DNA from: a phage
Sequence record: PZ386947.1
Length of the DNA stretch: 64,000 nucleotides
Direction: 5' to 3' (one strand)
Under the pieces are notes generated by a model. It made no database searches, was not told where the DNA came from, and saw nothing but the letters and a program-made list of their open reading frames with translations. The position numbers and the translations under genes were made by a program. Position 1 is the first letter of the stretch, and every line of letters begins with the position of its first letter. Of the stretch, positions 19,868 to 29,176 are shown piece after piece.

Positions 19868-20077
19868 TTAATTTCGCAATTTATTAAGTTCTTCATAATC
19901 AATCCAGGATTCTAATCCTGATGGCAAATCACATTCAATTTCCCAAAGAAGTTCTTCAATTTTATGAAGACGATCTAGTTCTTCAGCAGGAATAGTAACC
20001 ATTGACGGAGCTCTTGCTACATTAATATCGTAAATCATATTTACACCAGTTTGACCATACAATCGCCGTATTTCCAC
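19868..20077 (-). CDS. hypothetical protein
   Basis: 69 aa ORF. Confidence 0.45.
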   Translation of the reverse strand: MEIRRLYGQTGVNMIYDINVARAPSMVTIPAEELDRLHKIEELLWEIECDLPSGLESWIDYEELNKLRN

Positions 20078-20256
20078 TTAGAAATAGACTTTTCACCATT
20101 AGAATAATAAACTTCAAGTTTAGCACGATTATTTTTAATTTGAATAACCTTTGCTGTCATCAAAGTTCCATACCCATAATAAACTGCAACTTCATCACCT
20201 ACATATACAGCGCTTCCGCGGTAATCGTGAATATAGTCAGTTCCTTCGAGCATCAT
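20041..20256 (-). CDS. hypothetical protein
   Basis: 71 aa ORF overlapping nrdC stop. Confidence 0.45.
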   Translation of the reverse strand: MMLEGTDYIHDYRGSAVYVGDEVAVYYGYGTLMTAKVIQIKNNRAKLEVYYSNGEKSISKWKYGDCMVKLV

Positions 20257-20516
20257 TTAAAATATTCTCGCAGTTGGTCAAATCCACCAATATGACTTCC
20301 ATCAGGAGCAAATACCTGAGGCATTGTCAAGCCGATTTGAGTATCACGACCTAGTTTAGTCAGAAGCTCAGCGATTTTCTCATCATCAAAAACACCTTTT
20401 TCCGGCATAATGTTGATAAATTCAAACGGCTGTTTCTTCACGGTCAAAAGACGTTTTGCATTATCGCAATACACACATTTATGAATGTTGCTATCATAAC
20501 CATATACTTTAAACAT
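20253..20516 (-). CDS. nrdC: thioredoxin/glutaredoxin NrdC
   Basis: 87 aa; MFKVYGYDSNIHKCVYCDNAKRLL... with CVYC active site, matches T4 NrdC. Confidence 0.93.
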   Translation of the reverse strand: MFKVYGYDSNIHKCVYCDNAKRLLTVKKQPFEFINIMPEKGVFDDEKIAELLTKLGRDTQIGLTMPQVFAPDGSHIGGFDQLREYFK

Positions 20517-20517
20517 A

Positions 20518-20760
20518 TTATTCCTTAATTCCTAGTACTTGTTTAAAAGTCTCGTCGTAATCAAGACTTTGGCCCGTTTGTTCTTTATGTTTGTATATAA
20601 TATCACTTACTTCTGATAGCATATTTTTATATGAACGAGTTAAAGCAGATTTAAGCACGCTGTATCTATCAGGAAATTTACCATGTTCATTATAATAAGC
20701 TATTGCTAATTCATGGACTGCCTTTTCAGCAGCCTCCATATATTCTTTACGCTTGGTCAT
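20518..20760 (-). CDS. hypothetical protein
   Basis: 80 aa ORF. Confidence 0.5.
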   Translation of the reverse strand: MTKRKEYMEAAEKAVHELAIAYYNEHGKFPDRYSVLKSALTRSYKNMLSEVSDIIYKHKEQTGQSLDYDETFKQVLGIKE

Positions 20761-20762
20761 TT

Positions 20763-21152
20763 TTAATCCAAAATATTATTAGGCATTGGTTGAACACTCA
20801 CAAGTTCTTTAAAGAACTCAGTAGAGTCAGGCAATTTAACCATTTCCGGAGCATGCTTACTGAATTTATGTTTACATTGACGGCATTTATATTCAAGCTC
20901 TGGTTTACGCCAGTTAATCAATTGAACTTGTTCAGTACCGCATTCAGGGCAATTAGGAACGTTTTTAGAAGCTCTTTCACGTCGTTCAACCATAGCCATA
21001 ATAGCATCCCATGCTGGAGGTTTAAAATCTAAATCGTCGCAGCCGTGAATCTTTCCACGCATTTCCATATCATCTTCCTCACCAGCCATAATAATTTTAA
21101 TTAGACTAGAATTACTTGAAGCTGCAATATCTTCTAATAAACGCTTTTTCAT
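20763..21152 (-). CDS. zinc-ribbon protein
   Basis: 129 aa with CPEC...CRQC pair. Confidence 0.55.
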   Translation of the reverse strand: MKKRLLEDIAASSNSSLIKIIMAGEEDDMEMRGKIHGCDDLDFKPPAWDAIMAMVERRERASKNVPNCPECGTEQVQLINWRKPELEYKCRQCKHKFSKHAPEMVKLPDSTEFFKELVSVQPMPNNILD

Positions 21153-22075
21153 TTCAGTACCTCAATAGCATCACGTAAACCATTTGCTTTGGCGGTTAAA
21201 GCCTTAAGAACTTTAGTATGCTCTTCAATTTGTTTTTCAACTTCAATCAAACGAGCATTGAGATATTCGCGTTCTTCTTTCATAGTATCATTTCCATGAT
21301 TAGATTTTGGTGTAGGTTTAAATTCACTAGGGTCCTTTAATTTAATAACAAATTTAGTTTCAAACAGTGAAAGACCATAATTCGTATTATCATCAAAGGA
21401 TTTGACTACATCCATATCAGATAATAACACGCGCAAATTATAAGCCAAAGAACTAATAGTTTCATTGTGTTTATTAGCTTCGCGTGGTTTCATATACGGA
21501 AGATTTTTATATATCTCATGCGGAGCGCAAACGATAATTGACAATTCAAATTGTCCATTCTGGGACGATGGAATGAATTTAGCCGTAACCCAGTCTTTTA
21601 CATTCACATTAATAGTACGGTTATCACCATGACAAAACAGTCTACGAGAATGCTTAAAAAGCATATTCACGTTATTATTGAATTCGTGTGAAAATTCACT
21701 AGCAAATTTTTCTTTACTATCTTTAGAAAACCATTCTTCTAAATAAGTTCTTTTCACATCGTTAATAATATTAAATGTAACAACACTAGCATTTGATACA
21801 TTAGTCTCAATGTAGCTTGGATACATAAATTTTTTAACATTATTAACAGCTATCACAGAAGATAGTAATCGGGAACGTTTGAACCACTCGAGCAAAGAAC
21901 CAAGAGAATGTGAATACGCATTTTGTGTATCTTTACAAATATGGTTTTCCCATCCAATATAGTCTAAAAAATCACGAAGAATATTATTGATTACTGCTCT
22001 GTGTCCTATCTGATAATCACGATGTTTAGTAATAAGACTGTCAAAATAATCAATATAATGTTTACGAGTTTTCAT
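21149..22075 (-). CDS. hypothetical protein with C-terminal coiled-coil (paralog family member A)
   Basis: 308 aa; N-term MKTRKHYIDYF; C-terminal heptad-rich 45 aa. Confidence 0.6.
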   Translation of the reverse strand: MKTRKHYIDYFDSLITKHRDYQIGHRAVINNILRDFLDYIGWENHICKDTQNAYSHSLGSLLEWFKRSRLLSSVIAVNNVKKFMYPSYIETNVSNASVVTFNIINDVKRTYLEEWFSKDSKEKFASEFSHEFNNNVNMLFKHSRRLFCHGDNRTINVNVKDWVTAKFIPSSQNGQFELSIIVCAPHEIYKNLPYMKPREANKHNETISSLAYNLRVLLSDMDVVKSFDDNTNYGLSLFETKFVIKLKDPSEFKPTPKSNHGNDTMKEEREYLNARLIEVEKQIEEHTKVLKALTAKANGLRDAIEVLK

Positions 22076-22129
22076 GTTCTTCTCACTTGGTTAATGATTT
22101 ATACTCCGAGCCATCCTTGGCTTTAAATT

Positions 22130-23128
22130 TTACTTAATTAACTGTAAAGCTTGTTCAAGACGATCCAAGCGATTGACAGATTCTTCCCAAATCCTTTTAG
22201 CCTGCTCATATTCTTTCTGCGCTTTATTAGAAATTTCTAGAACTTCTTTATAAGCTTTTTCTAATGCAATAACTTCTGGACGAATTTCTACCGGTTCAGG
22301 TGAATCATCAAGACATTCCATTAGTTCCTCAAGGGTAGTTTCTTCTTTAGGAGTATTCACAATTTCATCACATTTTTGTTGGTAAATTTCTTTACTAGTA
22401 GGTGAATAAGTACATTTCACTTCACGAAGACTAACTACAATTTTATATCCTTCCCAACCGCATATATTCTTAAAAGGATATGTATGAATATTTTCTACTG
22501 TTTCCATACAGCCCAAAACCGCCTTTAATTGATAAGTTATAGTGCTAGCAATTGAGAAAAATTTATTAATATTCTTTTGGTTAGCGTTTGGTGTAAAAAA
22601 TCCATAATTCACAAAAATAGCTACTTTATTTTCATCAAGCTCATATTCTTTTACGATAATCATATCAGAAGCCAAAGGATGAATTTGACGATAATCGCCA
22701 TAACATAATTTAGAAGCTGATTTTAGAATTTGTCCTTTGAAAAGTCTGAAATTACTAATCCAACGACGAGTAAAAATATTCTCAGGGGCTTCTTTATTAA
22801 GATGATAAGAATTAACATCACCGAACCAATTATATCCTACTACATCTTTAGTTCGTTTAATTTCTTTCCCAAATTTACTAAGAATATCTCTGTTGACTAA
22901 GTATGAAAGAAGACGAGACCCTTTAAAGGTTTTCTTAATGTCATCTTTATCTACACGGCTAGAAATTTCACGAACTTCATGAATAAATTTGCCGGAAGAA
23001 ACAATACTTGCATCAGTATTATTGAGCCATTGATTGATAATAGAAATCACACTATTCTTACTAGACATAGGTTTAACTTTATCATCAATAACGCTATTGA
23101 ATGATTTGATATATTCGTTACGAGTCAT
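22130..23128 (-). CDS. hypothetical protein with C-terminal coiled-coil (paralog family member B)
   Basis: ORF track 22130..23179; start trimmed to MTRNEYIKSF (GAGGAG RBS); the extension upstream runs into a promoter. Confidence 0.6.
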   Translation of the reverse strand: MTRNEYIKSFNSVIDDKVKPMSSKNSVISIINQWLNNTDASIVSSGKFIHEVREISSRVDKDDIKKTFKGSRLLSYLVNRDILSKFGKEIKRTKDVVGYNWFGDVNSYHLNKEAPENIFTRRWISNFRLFKGQILKSASKLCYGDYRQIHPLASDMIIVKEYELDENKVAIFVNYGFFTPNANQKNINKFFSIASTITYQLKAVLGCMETVENIHTYPFKNICGWEGYKIVVSLREVKCTYSPTSKEIYQQKCDEIVNTPKEETTLEELMECLDDSPEPVEIRPEVIALEKAYKEVLEISNKAQKEYEQAKRIWEESVNRLDRLEQALQLIK

Positions 23129-23156
23129 AATAATCTCCTCAGTAGAAAGTAAGAAC

Positions 23157-23185
23157 ATTATACCACATCCTTGTGGCAAAGTAAA
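23157..23185 (-). promoter_or_regulatory. T4-type early promoter
   Basis: Minus strand TTTACT, 17 nt, TATAAT upstream of 22130..23128. Confidence 0.55.
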
Positions 23186-24205
23186 CTAGTTCAGTGCATT
23201 TAGTGCATTGTTCAGTTTAGAACGTTGCTTCGTGAGATTTTTGACTTTTTCTTGAGCTTTTTCTAGCATCTTTTCAGCTTCTAGCACTTCATTGGTCGCT
23301 TTAACGAGTTCATCATCTACTGCCTTGATAGACTTCTCAATCGCATCCGCGTGCCATTTTTCAACAGGTTTAAGACTCGGATTTTCAATAGGAAGAAAAT
23401 TCACTTTATTGAATTTCCATGCATCTTTATTACCTGAACTATACATCCAAAATTTAGGATCGTTTGATGAGTAATTAGATGAATTTAAGTTATCTTGCAC
23501 TTCTTGCTTTTTCTCTTGCGGGACTTCGTCCTTTCTCAAAAAATCGTATTTAAATGAAACGATCATATCAAGTTCATATGTTGTTGTATGTTCCCAATTT
23601 CGCTCAAAACGAGGTAAAATCTTAGAATGAACAGCGGCAACAACATCCATATACTTAAATGCTTCTGTCAACTGCGATTTAAGGCATTCGCAAATTGAAA
23701 GAGAATTTTTTGTATTAGGTTTAAAGCTAATTCGTGCAGTTCTATTATTTTCTTTTAATGGTCTTACTTCCATCTGAAGAGTATAACCATCAAATTTCAG
23801 GTTCTTTAAGTTAATATCAGAACCTTTTAATCGACTAGCCGTCGACAAAATTTGCTTTAATTGTTTACGGAATAGAGCAATAAATCTCCATTCAATACGA
23901 TAATGATTTGGATTGAAAAATCCAGATGATAAATCGACCTTACTCTGACCAACACCTTGAACAAACAGAGGATTTTTATAATCAATAGTTTTACAGAAAT
24001 CGGTGAGCTGCTCACGAGCAGTCATTTGTGTAATATATCCCGCTTTACTAAAATGACGTAACCATTCACTGCTATTCATATACTTAAAGTGAATGGAACT
24101 ATTAACTCTATCAGGGTCTAAATTATTTTGGCACAAAAATGTCATAACATCACGAGTATAGCTGGCATTACGAACCATATCTTCAATTTGAGAACGAGTT
24201 TTCAT
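23186..24205 (-). CDS. hypothetical protein with C-terminal coiled-coil (paralog family member C)
   Basis: 339 aa; N-term MKTRSQIEDM resembles member A. Confidence 0.6.
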   Translation of the reverse strand: MKTRSQIEDMVRNASYTRDVMTFLCQNNLDPDRVNSSIHFKYMNSSEWLRHFSKAGYITQMTAREQLTDFCKTIDYKNPLFVQGVGQSKVDLSSGFFNPNHYRIEWRFIALFRKQLKQILSTASRLKGSDINLKNLKFDGYTLQMEVRPLKENNRTARISFKPNTKNSLSICECLKSQLTEAFKYMDVVAAVHSKILPRFERNWEHTTTYELDMIVSFKYDFLRKDEVPQEKKQEVQDNLNSSNYSSNDPKFWMYSSGNKDAWKFNKVNFLPIENPSLKPVEKWHADAIEKSIKAVDDELVKATNEVLEAEKMLEKAQEKVKNLTKQRSKLNNALNALN

Positions 24206-24213
24206 AGTGTTCC

Positions 24214-25116
24214 TTAAGATTTAAGTAAATCAACAATTTTAATTAATTTTTCACGCTCAGATTTAGCTTTACTACTCAATCCAGATAGTCTGAAAATTTC
24301 ATCGTCATATTGTTGAATAGAAATATTCAGCTCTTCAATTTGCTTATTAAAATAATCAATTTGTTCAGAATGTTTTTCGTTACTACGAACTGGTACAGGT
24401 TTTGTAGGCAATTTAGTTGAACTGGATTCATCCGGGCGATAAATTAAAATACAACTTGAACCAATAGGGCATTTAGCACCAGATGAATATTCTAACGTTC
24501 CAGCTTCTTTTAAAACTTCAAAAGCTAAACAGAGATGATGCCCCATATTAACATAATCTGTAGAGCGAGCTCTGATATAATAATCATCGCCGCGAATACT
24601 AAATTTAAAGCATTTAAGGTCTTCTGTATTATTGGTCTTAAAAATCATTTGTTTATCTAGACCTTTAGCTAATCGAGCGCCTAATGCTAATAATCGTCGT
24701 TGATTTTCCCACAAATCCGCAATCATTTGATCGAATGATAATTTCGGCATTAGTCGACCATAAAGGTCATATCCTTTATTATAATTGCGAAGGATTTCAC
24801 TCGCATTAATACGAGACAACGCTCCAATTTTATTAAGGGCTTTCATAATGCGATTAGATAAACCCATTCCAGACCCGTTTGTTCGTTGTAAATGTTTATC
24901 TAATCCAAACCCAATATCAACTTTAAATTTATCTAAAATTTCAGCATGAACATCTCTGTCAATAACATTCAAATCCAAAGTTGGGTTAAATCTATGAAAA
25001 AATTTATCTGGCTCTCCACGACGAAGTACAGTCCATTCATTTAATTTTTTATTAACTAAAGATTTAATTACTGCATTGACATTATTAATTACTACTGACA
25101 TATTTTTCTCACTCAA
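24214..25116 (-). CDS. hypothetical protein with C-terminal coiled-coil (member D)
   Basis: 300 aa; C-terminal heptad-rich tail. Confidence 0.6.
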   Translation of the reverse strand: MSEKNMSVVINNVNAVIKSLVNKKLNEWTVLRRGEPDKFFHRFNPTLDLNVIDRDVHAEILDKFKVDIGFGLDKHLQRTNGSGMGLSNRIMKALNKIGALSRINASEILRNYNKGYDLYGRLMPKLSFDQMIADLWENQRRLLALGARLAKGLDKQMIFKTNNTEDLKCFKFSIRGDDYYIRARSTDYVNMGHHLCLAFEVLKEAGTLEYSSGAKCPIGSSCILIYRPDESSSTKLPTKPVPVRSNEKHSEQIDYFNKQIEELNISIQQYDDEIFRLSGLSSKAKSEREKLIKIVDLLKS

Positions 25117-25517
25117 TTTTCAATTTTACTAAATACACAGAATATGATGGAAAAGACTATATAAGCACAACACACAGATTGAACTAATACCATTCCAAAG
25201 AACCAAACAATATTATCAAACAATGTCTGTTTTACGTCGAAAGGACGTAAACTTACAGTAATATTATCGCCTTTTTCTATTGATGAATACATCTCTGGTG
25301 AAATATATTCGCTAAATCTATAACCGTCATTGAGTTCATATACGGCAATAAACGATAAACTAGACCCCTTTCCTTGAGTTCCTGTAAGGGTATTAACTAC
25401 AGTAACATCATAATCTTTATAATGCATATAATCATTAATTGCGTAATAACCATATGCAACTACTACACATAAACAACATATCAATAAATTCAATCTTTTA
25501 ATTATCAACTGTTTCAT
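25113..25517 (-). CDS. membrane protein
   Basis: 134 aa, two hydrophobic segments at N- and C-termini. Confidence 0.55.
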   Translation of the reverse strand: MKQLIIKRLNLLICCLCVVVAYGYYAINDYMHYKDYDVTVVNTLTGTQGKGSSLSFIAVYELNDGYRFSEYISPEMYSSIEKGDNITVSLRPFDVKQTLFDNIVWFFGMVLVQSVCCAYIVFSIIFCVFSKIEN

Positions 25518-25572
25518 AATAATCTCAATTAAAAGGGCTTAGAACCATTATACCATCCTTGGTATAAAGCGG

Positions 25573-26100
25573 TTATGCGAGTACCGTCTTTAACCGTTCT
25601 TCAAACTTCCGAAGAGTATTCTGGCGTTCAGCTCTTTGCTTTTTGTAAGTTTCAATACGCTCTGAAATGAGAGTGTATCGTTCATTTACTGATTCTTTCA
25701 TAAAATCAGGAATTTCACGAGAAGCTTTAATCTCATCAAATTTATCAATAACAGCTTGCTCTTCAGCAATTAAGTTATCATACATCAAAATATCTTTCTT
25801 GATGAACTCAATATCTTCTTGAGTTACACGAGATAACTTAGATGCTTTATCCTTTTTGTACTGTTCGTTAGTATCACGAGACCAGTGTAATGTACGATTT
25901 TTATTCGTATTCTTGTAAATTTCTACAATACCAATCTCATCAATAATAACGATCCAATTCCAACGAGATTTGTAAATTTGTCCTCCGTCAACCGTGATTT
26001 CACCTCCGATTGAGATGTCATTAAAGAACTTGCTTTGTGCTTCTGATTTAAATTTACCATCGTTGTAATTTACCAGGTTGAAAATATCTTTAGCGTTCAT
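25573..26100 (-). CDS. hypothetical protein
   Basis: ORF track 25573..26160; start trimmed to MNAKDIFNLV (GGAGGAACA RBS); the upstream extension is promoter read-through. Confidence 0.55.
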   Translation of the reverse strand: MNAKDIFNLVNYNDGKFKSEAQSKFFNDISIGGEITVDGGQIYKSRWNWIVIIDEIGIVEIYKNTNKNRTLHWSRDTNEQYKKDKASKLSRVTQEDIEFIKKDILMYDNLIAEEQAVIDKFDEIKASREIPDFMKESVNERYTLISERIETYKKQRAERQNTLRKFEERLKTVLA

Positions 26101-26128
26101 TTTGTGTTCCTCCGTAGTTGATAGTTGT

Positions 26129-26157
26129 ATAGTACCACAGAGGAACGGTCTTGTAAA
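26129..26157 (-). promoter_or_regulatory. T4-type early promoter
   Basis: Minus strand TTTACA, 17 nt, TACTAT within the conserved 60 bp element. Confidence 0.65.
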
Positions 26158-26160
26158 CAA

Positions 26161-26475
26161 CTAAAAGAAACTTCTTTCACAATTTTTTCCACTGAACCAC
26201 GCACTCACTGCTTTCTTAGTCTCAGGAGCAGTGTTATCCATAAACCATTCAAAGGCAGCCTTTTTATGATTCTGGAGGTCTTCTCGGGCTTTAATCTGCT
26301 CACGGTCTATTAACACTAACATATGAGCCTTTCTTGTCACCATGGGCTTCTTATGATTTTTTGAATACTCCCAGTCATTTGTCCATCGCATTGTCGTTGC
26401 GAATTGAAATACAGCTTCTTTAATTTTAGTTTCGTAAATTTCACGAGCCTTTGAGTATAACATCATTACCTCCAT
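26161..26475 (-). CDS. hypothetical protein
   Basis: 104 aa ORF. Confidence 0.5.
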   Translation of the reverse strand: MEVMMLYSKAREIYETKIKEAVFQFATTMRWTNDWEYSKNHKKPMVTRKAHMLVLIDREQIKAREDLQNHKKAAFEWFMDNTAPETKKAVSAWFSGKNCERSFF

Positions 26476-26564
26476 TTACCAGTTTAATTCTAGTCATCTT
26501 TTTGATGGCAGTCCATATAATCTATTTCTGAACTGCCTTTTTATCTTAGAAGGCCTCTTATGAA

Positions 26565-27551
26565 TTATTTCAGAAGAGTAACCTCAGCGATTTCTTCCCA
26601 ACCGTTTTTGTCGGTCATAATAAAGTCAGCAAGATAAAGAGCAGTACGCAGTGAAACATTGCGTAAACGATTAACATTGACTTTCATCCATGATAATGCT
26701 TTATAAGTTTCTTCATCAGAAAGACCGCGCTTTTGCATCATGTCAGTTGAAAGAATAACATCTTCAACCCTGACCATAATTTCTTCATTAGTGTGAACAC
26801 CCAAATCTAAATAAACTGAGCGGGACACTAATGCTTGTAAATGTGGAGCAAGTTTAGTACCACGGTCTAATTCGCGGTCAATATCAACGTTTGTGATAAA
26901 AACAATCGTTCCTTTAAATTCAAACTCACGCTCAATGCCTTTTTCTTCTAAGTAAGAAGATGCAGTGCTCCAGCAGACTTTACGGGTCTCTCCGGTGTCC
27001 AGAGCAGCTTTCAGAAGATTAAGAATGTCCATATCAGAGAAAACATCCACATCATCAATCAAAAGGACAGAATTCTCTTCACGATTATTCCAAAGCTGTT
27101 CATAAAGACCGATACCAGAGATTTTACCATTAATGCTTTTATACTCAATGTATCCAATATCATTTGCTTTATTTAAAGCTTTATCTAAAGAATACGTTTT
27201 ACCAATACCTGCTGCTCCCGAGATAATTAATGAACGAATGTTTCCGTTAATAATACCATTCGTCATCATTCCCATAACATTAAATCTTTTATTAATGCGG
27301 GTTTTCATATCTTCATACGATTCTTTAACTTCTTCAACTTTTACACCATCATATGAAATGTCTGATTTGTAAACCCAAACACCGCGACGTTTACCGTCAA
27401 TTTCAACAAAAACTTTACCATCTCCTTGTGCATCTACCGGAGCATTATCTGGGAACCATTCGCCTAAGAGCTCAAAAGTTCCAGAGATTTCTTTACCGAA
27501 GTAGATACCCTTATTGATAGTTACAGTTTTCATTTTGTTCTCCAATTTCAC
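26565..27551 (-). CDS. P-loop ATPase (AAA-like)
   Basis: 328 aa; Walker A SGAAGIGKTYS and Walker B VLLIDDVD. Confidence 0.65.
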   Translation of the reverse strand: MKLENKMKTVTINKGIYFGKEISGTFELLGEWFPDNAPVDAQGDGKVFVEIDGKRRGVWVYKSDISYDGVKVEEVKESYEDMKTRINKRFNVMGMMTNGIINGNIRSLIISGAAGIGKTYSLDKALNKANDIGYIEYKSINGKISGIGLYEQLWNNREENSVLLIDDVDVFSDMDILNLLKAALDTGETRKVCWSTASSYLEEKGIEREFEFKGTIVFITNVDIDRELDRGTKLAPHLQALVSRSVYLDLGVHTNEEIMVRVEDVILSTDMMQKRGLSDEETYKALSWMKVNVNRLRNVSLRTALYLADFIMTDKNGWEEIAEVTLLK

Positions 27552-27569
27552 ATTTGTTTTGATAGGGTA

Positions 27570-27598
27570 ATAATATCACACTACTACCCTGCTGTAAA
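27570..27598 (-). promoter_or_regulatory. T4-type early promoter
   Basis: Minus strand TTTACA, 17 nt, TATTAT. Confidence 0.6.
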
Positions 27599-27602
27599 CA
27601 AT

Positions 27603-27866
27603 TTATTTTAATGTTTGCCAAATTTTTACTGCTTCACGACGAGATACTTCTACAGCTCCAAGTTCTACAGCTTTTTGGCGTCGCCGAGCGTGTAAGTCAT
27701 AATGTTTAATGCGTTTATCTTGAAACCAAGAACGTTTCATTCCTATTGCTTCTGCCATTTCATGAAGCTCTTCAATATCTCCATCAGTGAACATATGACA
27801 ATTTTTAGTTGGATGACCGCGAAGTTTCCATCCATGATTCATTAAAACATCTACGTAAACTGTCAT
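27603..27866 (-). CDS. hypothetical protein
   Basis: 87 aa ORF MTVYVDVLMNHGW... Confidence 0.5.
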   Translation of the reverse strand: MTVYVDVLMNHGWKLRGHPTKNCHMFTDGDIEELHEMAEAIGMKRSWFQDKRIKHYDLHARRRQKAVELGAVEVSRREAVKIWQTLK

Positions 27867-28012
27867 TGATTCTTCTCCAAATAAGTTTCGATAATTTTCT
27901 GAGCGAGATAAACTGCATTATCTTCAGTTGCATCTTCTAAGAAACTTTCAAAACACTCTGAAATTTCTTCTGTGTCAATCAACTTTTTTACTTCAATTGG
28001 TGTAATTTTCAT
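27863..28012 (-). CDS. hypothetical small acidic protein
   Basis: ORF track 27863..28081; trimmed to MKITPIEV because the upstream part translates the promoter element. Confidence 0.4.
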   Translation of the reverse strand: MKITPIEVKKLIDTEEISECFESFLEDATEDNAVYLAQKIIETYLEKNQ

Positions 28013-28049
28013 TTTGTTTTTCCGTTTAAGTGTTTGTTTTGATAGTTGT

Positions 28050-28078
28050 ATAGTACCATAAAGCTTTATGCTTGTAAA
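28050..28078 (-). promoter_or_regulatory. T4-type early promoter
   Basis: Minus strand TTTACA, 17 nt, TACTAT. Confidence 0.65.
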
Positions 28079-28109
28079 CAATTTTGTGAAAAATTTTTGA
28101 AATAAAAAA

Positions 28110-28127
28110 GGGAGCCCGAAGGCTCCC
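28110..28127 (-). terminator. rho-independent terminator
   Basis: Hairpin GGGAGCC-CGAA-GGCTCCC followed on the minus strand by TTTTTTATTT, directly after the 28130..29176 stop. Confidence 0.7.
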
Positions 28128-28129
28128 TA

Positions 28130-29176
28130 TCATTTATAATAACTTCGGTGGTTTTCAAGATAAACCCTCTCAAGGAAGTCATCCCAAAAACCCATGTCTA
28201 CTTTTTGCTGCATACCGTTCTTAGAAGCTTCAGTAGATGCTGCTTCTACTTGATCGACCACATCTTCCAAAAACTCTTGAACCGTTTTAAATGGATGTTT
28301 ACCCAACTTCACGTCGAGAATAAATGGAGCATCTTGGAGTGGATAAACCAAGTCACCAGTTTTGTAAATTTCCAATAGTTGGAGTCCACCACGGCAAGCA
28401 TGACTCATAGCTTTCCAGTCAATACCTTCATTGGCTTCGGCCTTACGAGCACGTTCACCGTATTCAGCATCTAATTTGTTCAGTGACTGCTTAAGCTCAA
28501 TAAGAGAAAGCGTTGTCTGATATTTACGACCCAACACTGTGTAAAACGTCTGTGGGCCTGTTTTCTCATGATTATGGAACACCCATTCACAGAATTCGTT
28601 TTCTGGAAGACGATGCTTAATATCTTCAACTTTAGTACGACGCTGCTTAATGGAACCGTCTTCTTGGTAATCAACCCATTGCTCAGGGATTTGATTAACT
28701 ACTTTCAATACATCGCGTAATGCAGCCAAACGAGAACCCTTAACGCCGTATTTAGAAGCTTGCTTACGGACATATCCTAAATAGGATTTCATGTTAGTCG
28801 TATAAAAACGAGAACGGTTGTCTTGAATAAACTTCCACACATCAGGCAAATCAGATTTAACCACTAACTCAGGTGGAGTGTGAAGCATATCTAACGCTAC
28901 AGTTTCACCATCTGCTGCTAATTTAAAGAAATATTTAAGACTATACAATTCGTGGTCAATATCATCTTTAGTGTTTTTAGATGATGTGTTGTTAGTGTTT
29001 TTACTCATATGCTCTTTAACATTTCCGATAAGAATATCGCGAGCAGGAGGAACAAAAATTTCTTTAAAATCTACATCAGATTCTGGAGTAGAAGTTCCAT
29101 AAAGATGACTACCAAAATAAGACTTAACTACAGTTTTCATTATTAGACCTTTCATAATCTTCATTAAATTGTACAA
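28130..29176 (-). CDS. predicted nucleotidyltransferase (pol-beta-like NTase fold)
   Basis: 348 aa; N-terminal motif YFGSHLYGTSTPESDVDF fits the G[GS]x9-13 DxD NTase signature. Start uncertain (M1, M5 or M13). Confidence 0.65.
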   Translation of the reverse strand: MYNLMKIMKGLIMKTVVKSYFGSHLYGTSTPESDVDFKEIFVPPARDILIGNVKEHMSKNTNNTSSKNTKDDIDHELYSLKYFFKLAADGETVALDMLHTPPELVVKSDLPDVWKFIQDNRSRFYTTNMKSYLGYVRKQASKYGVKGSRLAALRDVLKVVNQIPEQWVDYQEDGSIKQRRTKVEDIKHRLPENEFCEWVFHNHEKTGPQTFYTVLGRKYQTTLSLIELKQSLNKLDAEYGERARKAEANEGIDWKAMSHACRGGLQLLEIYKTGDLVYPLQDAPFILDVKLGKHPFKTVQEFLEDVVDQVEAASTEASKNGMQQKVDMGFWDDFLERVYLENHRSYYK

